This document shows positions 18,303 through 26,248 of a stretch of 34,489 nt of DNA, piece by piece (position 1 is the stretch's first letter; each line of letters starts with the position of its first letter). The DNA lies in the IMG/VR virus record IMGVR_UViG_3300027627_000015, positions 1-34,489 of that record. One strand, given 5' to 3'. The position numbers and the translations under genes were made by a program. The stretch is from a virus (taxonomy: Duplodnaviria; Caudoviricetes). Under the pieces are notes generated by a model. The model saw only the letters and a list, made by a program, of their open reading frames with translations, had not been told where the DNA came from and did no database searches.

Positions 18303-19501
18303 GGGTTTAGGTCGGAATCGGTGAGAGTTTCGATATTATTGAGCTTGGACTGCACCGCCGCGAGCACCCGAACGTCGAGGGTGCCAGCGGCGAAGATGAT
18401 TTTCTGAACGGCACGGGACAGGCTGCCCGCGCGATGGATGCGGCCGAGGGCTTGCTTGAAATCTTGCGCGGACCATGTGGGGCAGTGCAGGGCGACGCGG
18501 GGCACGCCCACCGTGTCGTGCAGGTCGATGCCTACGCCACCCGCGCGGATGTTGCACGCGAGGAATCGCGGGGTGCGGGATGACTGGAACTCGGCGACGA
18601 TGCGCGCGCGGTCCGCGCTCGAGGTGGAACCGTCGAGCACAGCGCAGTTGCCGAGCGTGGCGGCGTAAGTGTGCAGCGGCTCCGTGAAGTTGAAGAACGC
18701 GACGACCGAGTTGCCCTGCGCCTCGGCGTCCAGTGCCATGTCAGTCATCGCGTTGACCTTGGCCGATTCGACCAGCATCCGCGCTTGCAGAGCCTTGGTG
18801 ATGTCGAGCTTGCCCGAGGTCGCGATGATGCGGAGCAGCTCGTCCACTGCCTTCTTGTTCGCGACGGGGGCCGCCTCGGGCTGCACCAGAATGTCGGGAA
18901 ACCCCGTCACGTCCTGCCAGCGGGTCTTGACCATGCCGTTCCCAATCATCCGCCGAATCTCCTCGAGATTCGAGACGCTGCCCCGCCACTGCCACGCATT
19001 GTTGAGGCGTCGGTCACGGTAACACCCGAGCTTGGGCAGCAGACGGTACCACTCCGACCACGAAGTCGCGCGGAGCGCCGAGAGGATGGCCCGCGTGTCG
19101 AGCGGTGTGCTGAACGGCGTGGCGGAAAGAAGTAGCGTCTGGAAATCTCGGGCGACGCGGACGAGGAGCTGCGCTTGCTGCGATGAGGGGGATTTGCAGC
19201 GATGGACTTCATCAAATACCACGAAGGAGCCGCTCGGCGGCACCCACCCCGGGCGGCGAGCCTTTTCGTAGTTCGTCCACCCTGCGAGGTCCACCTCGCA
19301 CATGGCGGCCTTCGCCTCCCAGCCCGGGCCGACGGAGAGGGGACATACGATGAACGGTTTGCGGCCAGTGGCGGCGGCCACGGTGAGGGCGGTAAAACTT
19401 TTGCCCGTCCCTGTGTCAGAGCAATCGATGGCAGAGCCACGGCTGCGGACCGACGCGAAGAGGTGGTGTGCGTTGCTTAATTGGTGAGGATAAAGCTCCA
19501 T
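18299..19501 (-). CDS. SF2 (SNF2-like) helicase
   Basis: LYPHQ Q-motif, TGTGKS, DEVH, LSATP, GVGIDL, QALGRIHR. Confidence 0.92.
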   Translation of the reverse strand: MELYPHQLSNAHHLFASVRSRGSAIDCSDTGTGKSFTALTVAAATGRKPFIVCPLSVGPGWEAKAAMCEVDLAGWTNYEKARRPGWVPPSGSFVVFDEVHRCKSPSSQQAQLLVRVARDFQTLLLSATPFSTPLDTRAILSALRATSWSEWYRLLPKLGCYRDRRLNNAWQWRGSVSNLEEIRRMIGNGMVKTRWQDVTGFPDILVQPEAAPVANKKAVDELLRIIATSGKLDITKALQARMLVESAKVNAMTDMALDAEAQGNSVVAFFNFTEPLHTYAATLGNCAVLDGSTSSADRARIVAEFQSSRTPRFLACNIRAGGVGIDLHDTVGVPRVALHCPTWSAQDFKQALGRIHRAGSLSRAVQKIIFAAGTLDVRVLAAVQSKLNNIETLTDSDLNP

Positions 19502-19537
19502 GTGGTGTGGTGGTGTGGTTGTTTCGACGTGTGCATA

Positions 19538-19933
19538 TTAGACAGGGCGGTGGGACAAATGCGGTCCAACCAAAGTCATAGGGGCCGACACCCAGCCGCC
19601 GCCAGCGGCAGGGCTGCGCGTCGCGAGGAAGACGAAGTCCTCGGCGCGGAGGACAACGAGCCATTCGCGGTCGTTGCGGCGATGAAACACGGTGGGCATC
19701 TTCGCCCCAGCGTCCGCGATGGCTTGTGTCATCCACACGTACGGGCTGCCCGCCTCAACGCGCTTCACTTCGATGTGTATGTTCTCGAACGCGGCCCCAG
19801 TGGTGACAACGTCAGGGCTGTCATCGCCCCCGCTGAACTGCTGGCCGCGCCGCGCGGGGATGCCGTGCTCGGTCAACCAGTGCGCGAGTTCGAGTTCGCC
19901 GCGCTTGCCCTTCTGGCGTGAGTTGATTTTCAC
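19538..19933 (-). CDS. Hjc-like Holliday junction resolvase / PD-(D/E)xK nuclease
   Basis: GTG start; NSRQKGKRGELE, SPDV, HIEVKR. Confidence 0.82.
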   Translation of the reverse strand: MKINSRQKGKRGELELAHWLTEHGIPARRGQQFSGGDDSPDVVTTGAAFENIHIEVKRVEAGSPYVWMTQAIADAGAKMPTVFHRRNDREWLVVLRAEDFVFLATRSPAAGGGWVSAPMTLVGPHLSHRPV

Positions 19934-20007
19934 AGGCGCACCCCCGCTTTCCGGTCGGCGCGGGTTGTGAACATGGAGACGAAGGCGGCGAGGATGTCGC
20001 GAATCAT
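19930..20007 (-). CDS. Translationally coupled 25-aa peptide (MIRDILAAFVSMFTTRADRKAGVRL)
   Basis: AGGAGGT SD at 20011-20017; ATGA overlap with the HTH gene stop and GTGA overlap with the resolvase start. Below the ORF-track length cutoff. Confidence 0.55.
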   Translation of the reverse strand: MIRDILAAFVSMFTTRADRKAGVRL

Positions 20008-20249
20008 AGAACCTCCTTGGGGTTGGGAGCCGTGGCCGATGCATCCAAGTAATGCTGTATGTCGTCAGGATGGATTCGGTAGCACCTCGAGGTCAGCCGA
20101 TGAGCACGCAGTGCGCCGGACTTTATCCAACTGCGTACTGTACTACGTTGCACTCCGAGCCATGACGCGGCTGCGGCAAGGTCCATAAGACCTTCGACTT
20201 CAGCCAGTTTTTCGGGGGTTTTCTGGTTTCGGGGGGTGGTGTCCTTCAT
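20004..20249 (-). CDS. Excisionase/Cro-like winged HTH DNA-binding protein
   Basis: LMDLAAAASWLGVQRSTVRSWIKSGALRA...YRI..DDI..YL (HTH_17/MerR-like pattern); first gene of the leftward early operon. Confidence 0.85.
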   Translation of the reverse strand: MKDTTPRNQKTPEKLAEVEGLMDLAAAASWLGVQRSTVRSWIKSGALRAHRLTSRCYRIHPDDIQHYLDASATAPNPKEVL

Positions 20250-20258
20250 GTGGCGCAC

Positions 20259-20288
20259 ACTGTATTCGAGTGTGTTCGTGTTCGTCAA
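20259..20288 (-). promoter_or_regulatory. Sigma70-like leftward early promoter
   Basis: TTGACG (20283-20288) - 18 nt - TACAGT (20259-20264), ~10 nt before the HTH ATG, implying a nearly leaderless mRNA. Confidence 0.6.
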
Positions 20289-20345
20289 TACTTTTTTCAA
20301 AAATAATTGTTGAGAAAGTATTAGAGTGCGGTAGAGTGCATTCGT
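20288..20345 (+). promoter_or_regulatory. Divergent control region: AT-rich imperfect inverted repeat and candidate rightward promoter
   Basis: AATACTTTTTTCAA...TTGAGAAAGTATT inverted repeat; TTGAGA (20310-20315) - 16 nt - TAGAGT (20332-20337); tandem TAGAGTGC. Confidence 0.45.
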
Positions 20346-20368
20346 TTCTTGGCAGTATTGAAGAAAAT

Positions 20369-20704
20369 ATGAAATCACTAGACCCCCAAGCGCGCGGTGC
20401 GGCCGCCGGACTCTCACTGCGTTTCTCCCGCGCCACCCTCGACCGAATCGCCAGTGTCGCTCGACGCAGTGACCTCACTACGTCCGAACTCTGCCGCAGC
20501 CTCGTCGAAGGCGCGCTCGACCAAGTGGACACGGCGGCGATTCCCGTCGGGGACTTGCCGAAGCCGCTGGTGCGCGTGCGTCAGCGTTTGTCCGAAGCGC
20601 CGCAGCCAGTGGTCGCACCCACCGACGTCGCGCCGGAAGTACTCGCGGCCATCGAAGCCCGCATCCTCGCCCAAGTCCTCGCCGCAGTGGCGAAGCGGCC
20701 TTAG
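20369..20704 (+). CDS. Ribbon-helix-helix (Arc/CopG-like) regulator, candidate repressor
   Basis: LSLRFSRATLDRIASVARRSDLTTSELCRSLVEGAL; transcribed divergently from the HTH/replication operon. Confidence 0.75.
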   Translation: MKSLDPQARGAAAGLSLRFSRATLDRIASVARRSDLTTSELCRSLVEGALDQVDTAAIPVGDLPKPLVRVRQRLSEAPQPVVAPTDVAPEVLAAIEARILAQVLAAVAKRP

Positions 20705-20706
20705 AC

Positions 20707-21804
20707 TTAGAGTGCCCACCATGCGGCGGCTTGCGTGCGCGTGACCGCGCGGCGGTAGAACGCGAACGTCACCTGTGGGCTGTGGTGCCCCATTTCCATC
20801 GCCGTGCGCGACGGGTTGCTGTGCTCCACCAGATGGTGCGAGCCGTAACTGTGTCGTAGCGCGTTGACCTCGGGGGTCACGCCCGCCTTCGCAAACGTCC
20901 TCTGCCTTCGCCTGTGCAACGGCGTCCCTTCGAGGTTGTTCATCACCGAGCCGCGCCGCTCAGGCAGAAGCGCCTTCCACATCCGCAGCACGGGTGGGGT
21001 GAGGGACACCCAGCGTTCCGCGTTCGCGGTCTTGCCCGCCGAAACGTAGAGGTGCCCTTCGGCGAGGCGCACGTCCTCCCAGCGCAGTCGGTCAATCTCG
21101 GAGGTCCGAAGTCCCATGAACCCGCCAAACACCAGCCAGCGCCGCGTCAGCACGTCTGCATGAGCGAGCAGGGACGCCATGTCCTCGGGGGTGAGGATGC
21201 AAGGGGCGGCCCTGCGCAACGCGGGCAGCCGCACCTTGGCCATCGGGGACACGGGTATCCAGTCCGAGCGGACCGCGTGGTTGAAGAACGCACCGACGGC
21301 ACGGAGGAGGTTCCATTTCGACCGAGGAGCGAGGGGCAGCGCGGCGAGCCACGCCGTCAACGTGGCAGGCAGGATGTCAGTGACAGCGACGCCGGAGGGC
21401 ATGGCTCCGAGGAAGGTGCGCAGGTGGCGGCGGGTGTCGCGGGCGTGCAGCGCCGAGATTTCACCGGCGACGTGGCGCGCAGCCATGTCCGCGCCGAACT
21501 CGCTAAGACACTCCGCAAGGGGGCGGGAGCCGAGCTTCTTGCGCTCCACCTCGGCGGCAAAGGCGCGCGCCATGTCCACGAAGGTCAGGGTGGGGCGGTA
21601 CTGTGTGAGCAGGACTTGCTCCTCGCGCGTCACCGGAGTGACCGCGTTGCGCGAGCATTGGTTCTGGAGCGTCGTGAGATAGACCTGCGCGGCGGCTTTA
21701 GCCACGAACCTCCTGCGTATCCGACGGCCGAACAGGGACGTTGGGGCGACGACTTCCCACTCATAGCGAGGATGGGTTGAGCGAATGATGCGCGGAGTTT
21801 TCAC
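20707..21804 (-). CDS. int: Tyrosine recombinase/integrase
   Basis: Catalytic R (GLRTSEI), K (AGKT), HxxR-equivalent NALRHSYGSH, MGHH and Y (TFAFY). Confidence 0.95.
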   Translation of the reverse strand: MKTPRIIRSTHPRYEWEVVAPTSLFGRRIRRRFVAKAAAQVYLTTLQNQCSRNAVTPVTREEQVLLTQYRPTLTFVDMARAFAAEVERKKLGSRPLAECLSEFGADMAARHVAGEISALHARDTRRHLRTFLGAMPSGVAVTDILPATLTAWLAALPLAPRSKWNLLRAVGAFFNHAVRSDWIPVSPMAKVRLPALRRAAPCILTPEDMASLLAHADVLTRRWLVFGGFMGLRTSEIDRLRWEDVRLAEGHLYVSAGKTANAERWVSLTPPVLRMWKALLPERRGSVMNNLEGTPLHRRRQRTFAKAGVTPEVNALRHSYGSHHLVEHSNPSRTAMEMGHHSPQVTFAFYRRAVTRTQAAAWWAL

Positions 21805-21820
21805 AACAGAAACGGTTTTT

Positions 21821-21842
21821 TGTGTCCAAAAGTGTGACCAAA
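21821..21842 (+). repeat. Candidate integrase arm-type sites
   Basis: TGTGTCCAAA-AG-TGTGACCAAA tandem; related TGTGTCAAA (21951) and TGTGACCAG (22031) flank the att core. Confidence 0.55.
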
Positions 21843-21869
21843 TGTAGTCAACACTACTGTACTTGTCAA
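21841..21869 (-). promoter_or_regulatory. Integrase promoter (sigma70-like)
   Basis: TTGACA (21864-21869) - 17 nt - TACATT (21841-21846). Confidence 0.7.
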
Positions 21870-21908
21870 CAATAACCTCGCATTACTCAACTCCACGTAA
21901 CACGTTGA

Positions 21909-22350
21909 GTGGCACCCTGTAGTGGCACCATATTTGGGGAGGACAACTGTGTGTCAAACAGGATTCGATTCCCTTCACCCGCTCCACTTAACCCCTTCAT
22001 AAACAGTGGTTTACGCGAATTACAAAACCGTGTGACCAGTTGTTTCCACTTTCAAAACAGGGTGTTTTAGCAAAGGTTGGTGGCACCATCGGGGGCCATG
22101 CTTTTCGGTATGGTGCCACACGATTGCGACCAATAGCCATGCGGGTGCGGTGAGGGTCGAGGGGGATTTGGTGGCACCATGCTGGCCAAGTTGCCACGGC
22201 GGCCGCCAGCGGCGGTGGCCCCATGTATCATACATATTCACATATACATAATAGGGGGGGGTATGGTGCCACCAAGGTACCATTGGCCTATGGCTATTGG
22301 TCGGGATTGGTGGCACCATACCCCGTTTATGGTGCCACTTGGTGGTACCA
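21909..22350. repeat. Cluster of (TG)GTGGCACCA iteron-like repeats in both orientations around an AT-rich core (candidate ori)
   Basis: Copies at 21909, 21922, 22078, 22111(inv), 22169, 22214(degenerate), 22264(inv), 22308, 22330(inv) and 22340(variant); AT-rich 22224-22253 followed by G8. Confidence 0.8.
21964..21986 (+). other. attP core matching the 3' end of tRNA-Gly(CCC-type)
   Basis: TTCGATTCCCTTCACCCGCTCCA = T-loop, 3' T-stem, acceptor strand and CCA of tRNA-Gly; no 5' half of the tRNA upstream; 160 bp from the int start. Confidence 0.85.
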
Positions 22351-22476
22351 CCCCCTGCTTTCGGGCATGGCTTCCGGCGAGCGCCATACGCGAGCCGCGC
22401 CGCGCTGGACCGCTGTCCTATCGCGCCAACGATGGCGCGTAAATCTATCCTTATTAAAATGACAAATTTTTGGCAC

Positions 22477-22513
22477 AAAAAAACCCCCGCACAGGCGTGA
22501 ACCTGTACGGGGG
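22477..22513 (-). terminator. Intrinsic terminator of the AAA+/vWA operon
   Basis: Minus strand CCCCCGTACAGGT-TCAC-GCCTGTGCGGGGG followed by T7. Confidence 0.85.
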
Positions 22514-22621
22514 CGTCGAAACACCACGGCCACCGTGGAGCTGCGGCTTGGGCACCACACCCGAGTTCGCGCTGTCAACGTAGCGTTGACGGGTGGCGGG
22601 GGCAAGCCGATTAGTGTGGAC

Positions 22622-22720
22622 TCATGTTTGACCCACCCTGCCGTGTCGTCGCTTTCGACACGTCCGGCCCTCGTGTCGAAAGTATCCATCTTTTTCGACT
22701 GGACTGATAACTTGACTCAT
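22622..22720 (-). CDS. Possible 32-aa basic peptide
   Basis: ATGA overlap with the upstream stop (MSQVISPVEKDGYFRHEGRTCRKRRHGRVGQT); overlaps an 11-bp hairpin, so it may be non-coding. Confidence 0.25.
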   Translation of the reverse strand: MSQVISPVEKDGYFRHEGRTCRKRRHGRVGQT

Positions 22721-23028
22721 GGTCGGGGGAAGCGGATGTAGAACACGTCTGTGTCTATGTTGGTGAGCGCGTCAACGATGGCGCGTTCCGTCTCGTCGAA
22801 CGGTTGCTGATGGAGCGCGCTCGCCCATACACGCGCGGTGTACGCGACAGCGTCGTGGCTGATTATCGCGTCAACGCCGCGAGCCTGTTCGTTGTGTTCG
22901 TCTCCGTCGTCGGCCGCGAGGTAGACAAACTCCTGCAAGGAGTCTGCCTCGCGCTGGTCGAGGAGCACGTCAGTGACACGTATGTGCACATATTGGCGAA
23001 TGGTTACTATTTTTGTAGTCGTTTTCAT
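22717..23028 (-). CDS. Hypothetical protein (103 aa)
   Basis: A/C-rich leader like other genes in this phage; protein-like composition; lies inside the operon. Confidence 0.7.
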   Translation of the reverse strand: MKTTTKIVTIRQYVHIRVTDVLLDQREADSLQEFVYLAADDGDEHNEQARGVDAIISHDAVAYTARVWASALHQQPFDETERAIVDALTNIDTDVFYIRFPRP

Positions 23029-23101
23029 GGTGTGGTTTTTCTGTGTGGTTTGGGTTGTCTAAGACAAGGGGCGAGGGACTTGCGTCCCCCGCCTTGGTGT
23101 G

Positions 23102-24793
23102 TCAGCGGGTGCTTCGTGTGATGTACTCGCACAGTGCGCCAGCAAGCTGTGCGCCTGATTCGCGGGTTACGTGGCGGCCGAAGTGCCACTGTAGCGCGTC
23201 GGGGATTTGGCTCGTCGAGGAGCACGTCGCCGCGCCGATGAGGTTGACGCCTCTGCCTCGGTACGAACCAGCGTCCACGAGGCCATCCGAGATGTTTCCG
23301 TCTGTGTAGCAGACGACTGCGCTGGCGTCCCGCAGCGTTTGGAGCGGGATGGCCGCGAGTGTGGCGGCGTACGACTCGCAACCATGCGCTGGTGCGATGG
23401 CTGCTAGCTCGGCGTCCGGCTGGCGTAAGTCCACCTTGTGGTGATAGCCGTCGCCCGTCAGGTAAACGTCAACGTGCAGCGTGCCGGAGCGATGCAGTGC
23501 GGCGAGGGACAACAAAAACGGACGGCCGTGAGTGTTGTGCCGTCCGGCCATTGACCCCGAGCCATCGAACACCACTACGATTTTCCGCTTCCCCTTGGTG
23601 ACGCCGCGTTGGACGAACGCATTCGCCTGTCCCGATACCGCATTCTGCGGGTGAATGCGCGGCCCGTCACATCCAGTGCGGATGGGAGCCGTGTCAGCGC
23701 GCCGCACTAGCCCTGTGAGCGTTGCGACTTGCTGTGCAACGAGCGGCCGCAGTCCATTCACTAGGTCTTGACCGCGAGTGGTCCCGTTGTGCTTGTGCGT
23801 CAGCCCCTTGTCTTGGAAGAACTCGATACCGCGATGGTGCCGATGGACTGGAGCACTTGTCGGACCGCCGTAGGCATTCGTGTCCGCTCGCGTTTGCGCT
23901 GGTGCCGCACCGTCATACAACCCGCCGTTGGTCACGCTGCCGTTGCCGCCGCTTGCGCCGCCCGAGTTTTTGACCGGAGCCACTTCGGGACCGACGGGAG
24001 TGCCGCCGCTGGACCCGTCATTCTGCGCACCAATGCTGTCAGTGACACGAGGTTGTGGCGGCGTTGTTCCGCCGAATATGGCGACCCACCGGACGCACAC
24101 GTCCACGATTTCCTCGGTGCTCACTGCGGCGATGGCCTGTGCGAAGAAGTCTCGGATGGTGCGACCGACCGCACCAGCGCCGATGGTCGGCCCGAGGTTC
24201 GCGGGCTTCCAATCGCCGCCAGTCCAGCGCGGCGCTCGGACCGTGAGCGATGAGTACGAGGACGACTCTCCGTTTATTAGCGCCCAAAAGTACTCGGTCG
24301 GGCGCTTCGTTTCCTCGGGTTGAGCGTAGTAGTTCACCCAGCCAAACCGCTGCCCTCGTGTGGACGGATGCAGCCTCGCGGCGTGTTCGATTCGTGCGTC
24401 CTCGAACAGGTTGAGCAAGGCGAACGGGACGCCCTTTGTCCGGCATTGCGCCGCGATGCTATCCAATGACGGCTGCGTTCTGTGCCCGTGCCAGCATTCA
24501 TGCAGCAGCAGCGATTGCAACGCGCTGTACGATTTGCTGTCACTGACAGCGGCCGCTGGCAACAGTCCGGCACGCCATTGCGCGCCAAGTTCGATGCGGT
24601 GCCCACCAGTGTCGAACCGCCAACTTGCTGTTTGCGATGGCGTGCCGAGTTTTACGCTCACGGTCCAACGTGTAGCGGTGCCGAGTGTGCGGACGCAGCC
24701 TTCGTGCTGCTTGGCCGTCTTGCGACGCGTCCCCCATGAGCGGACGTTTGCGAGTAGTTTTTGGTCAATACCGTGAGCGATGGACGTGTTCAT
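23102..24793 (-). CDS. vWA-domain protein with N-terminal HExxH metallopeptidase-like domain (CobT/DUF2201-like)
   Basis: LLLHECWHGH plus NLFEDARIE; Gly/Ser linker; MIDAS VVVFDGSGSM and CYTDG. Start taken as ATG at 24793. Confidence 0.85.
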   Translation of the reverse strand: MNTSIAHGIDQKLLANVRSWGTRRKTAKQHEGCVRTLGTATRWTVSVKLGTPSQTASWRFDTGGHRIELGAQWRAGLLPAAAVSDSKSYSALQSLLLHECWHGHRTQPSLDSIAAQCRTKGVPFALLNLFEDARIEHAARLHPSTRGQRFGWVNYYAQPEETKRPTEYFWALINGESSSYSSLTVRAPRWTGGDWKPANLGPTIGAGAVGRTIRDFFAQAIAAVSTEEIVDVCVRWVAIFGGTTPPQPRVTDSIGAQNDGSSGGTPVGPEVAPVKNSGGASGGNGSVTNGGLYDGAAPAQTRADTNAYGGPTSAPVHRHHRGIEFFQDKGLTHKHNGTTRGQDLVNGLRPLVAQQVATLTGLVRRADTAPIRTGCDGPRIHPQNAVSGQANAFVQRGVTKGKRKIVVVFDGSGSMAGRHNTHGRPFLLSLAALHRSGTLHVDVYLTGDGYHHKVDLRQPDAELAAIAPAHGCESYAATLAAIPLQTLRDASAVVCYTDGNISDGLVDAGSYRGRGVNLIGAATCSSTSQIPDALQWHFGRHVTRESGAQLAGALCEYITRSTR

Positions 24794-24828
24794 GTTTTTC
24801 CTTTTTGGTTCGTGTTTCGGTGCATGTC

Positions 24829-26169
24829 TTAGACAACCTTGAGTACTTGCGTGATGGTTTCGCGGGCCTTGGCGTCTGTGTCGCCGAGGTCCAAATCCCA
24901 ATTTGCGGAATGTGCCACGGCCAGCTCCTTGATGAGCGCCGTAACGCCCGCCTCATCCTGCGTGGCGCAGTGGGCAGCGGCACACTCGAGCAAGCGGAAA
25001 TCCACAGGATAGGCACAGCTTCCCGACTTGGTTGTGATTCGAGTAGCTCCAATCAGTTGTGCGAACTTTTCTGGCAAGCCGTTCGAGGGGATGCCGTACT
25101 TGTCTAGAATGGACTTTGCGATTGCGGTGCAATCCGAAAGGGACCAGTCCAAGCGGAGCTTTGCGTTTAGGCGGGACCAGAGCGCCTCGAATGGCTTGAC
25201 GTACCCGAGGTTGGATGCCGCGACGAGGTGCAAATTCGCAGCAGGGCATTCGATGACCTCGAGTATGTTGCCGTCGGGCTTCCGAGTCCTGAGCCTGTAG
25301 GTGGGCACGCCCTTCACGTCCACAGTCGTGAGAAACAGGAGCAACCATTGCTGTGCCGATTCGTTGAGGCGAAACGTCTCGTCCAAAAACAGCAGCACAG
25401 ACTTGCCCGAGGACGCTGCACGCACCGCTTGGGTGATGACGCCATCGACGATGCTAAAGCCGCCCTTGCCGTCTGGAACGAACGAACCCAGCAACGTGCT
25501 CACTTCATCCGCTTCCGGCGAGCAACCGTGCTCCAAGAACACGTCATAGCCCTTGCCGAAGATTCGGACGCCGTAGGACTTGCCGTAGGACGGCGGTGAC
25601 AGTAGCAAAACATGAGAGTTGTGGGTCGGCTGTCCCGCCTTGTAAAAACGGGACAACCAATCGACGACCTTGTTCCCGCTCACGGCAGCGGCGAGGATGG
25701 GCAAGCGTCTCGCTGTCACGGCGTCCGTTGCGGCCCGTGCCGCCAGCGCCGCCAGCGGTCGGAGCGTTTCCAGCTCTTCCTCGAGGTCGGCGATGCGAGA
25801 ATTTATCGGCGACGTTTCGCCATCGACAATGGTCCGCACTTCTTCCGCTCCAAGTCCGCCTTTGGTGCCGCCGAATATCGACGCGATTTGTTCGAGGACA
25901 AGGCGAGGGTCAGGTGAGGCCGGAGCGTGGGTGGGCGCTGGTGCCGGAGCCGCAAGTGCGTTGCGGGCAATGACAGCGCTCAAGGTGGCGTCGGTTGTGT
26001 CGTTGTAAGCCGCTCGAATCTCGGCTTGCGACAGGATGGCGACGACTGCACGGGACACGCCGCGCGCTTGCAACCATTGACGAGCGACTTCCCGTAAGGG
26101 GCCGCCTACGATGGCTGCTGTGCCGCGAGCGCCGAGTAGCGGTTCGCATTCTTGGATGGTCTTTTTCAT
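24829..26169 (-). CDS. MoxR/CobS-like AAA+ ATPase
   Basis: HVLLLSPPSYGKS Walker A variant, LFLDE Walker B, VAASN sensor 1, ALWSR Arg finger; N-terminal coiled coil. Confidence 0.87.
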   Translation of the reverse strand: MKKTIQECEPLLGARGTAAIVGGPLREVARQWLQARGVSRAVVAILSQAEIRAAYNDTTDATLSAVIARNALAAPAPAPTHAPASPDPRLVLEQIASIFGGTKGGLGAEEVRTIVDGETSPINSRIADLEEELETLRPLAALAARAATDAVTARRLPILAAAVSGNKVVDWLSRFYKAGQPTHNSHVLLLSPPSYGKSYGVRIFGKGYDVFLEHGCSPEADEVSTLLGSFVPDGKGGFSIVDGVITQAVRAASSGKSVLLFLDETFRLNESAQQWLLLFLTTVDVKGVPTYRLRTRKPDGNILEVIECPAANLHLVAASNLGYVKPFEALWSRLNAKLRLDWSLSDCTAIAKSILDKYGIPSNGLPEKFAQLIGATRITTKSGSCAYPVDFRLLECAAAHCATQDEAGVTALIKELAVAHSANWDLDLGDTDAKARETITQVLKVV

Positions 26170-26194
26170 GGTGTTTTTGGTCCGTTTTTGTGGT

Positions 26195-26248
26195 GGGGTT
26201 TCGACTAAGCCGTCTCATCAGGCACAGTTGGCTACGCTGTGCGACCCC
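26195..26248 (-). ncRNA. Type III hammerhead ribozyme
   Basis: Minus strand GGGGUC/GCACAG-CGUAGCCAA-CUGUGC-CUGAUGA-GAC-GGCUUA-GUC-GAAA-CCCC: complete catalytic core, three perfect stems, GUC cleavage triplet, and complementary loops (AGCC/GGCU). Confidence 0.93.

Noticed and set aside
20270-20290. LexA/SOS box (TGTTC repeats)
   Set aside because: Neither the TGTTC-N4-GAACA palindrome nor GTTC-N7-GTTC spacing is met.
21910-21986. Full tRNA-Gly gene
   Set aside because: Only the 3' 23 nt match; the upstream sequence lacks the GCGGGTG acceptor strand, D arm and anticodon arm, so this is an att core.
21909-22350. CRISPR array
   Set aside because: Repeats are only 9-11 bp, in mixed orientation and irregularly spaced; no cas operon is present.
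22327-22689. 120-aa ORF
   Set aside because: Runs through a strong terminator and into the repeat region.
23102-26169. Cobalamin biosynthesis (cobS/cobT) auxiliary metabolic genes
   Set aside because: The resemblance is at AAA+/vWA family level only; no cobN or other cobalamin genes are present, so a metabolic role is unsupported.
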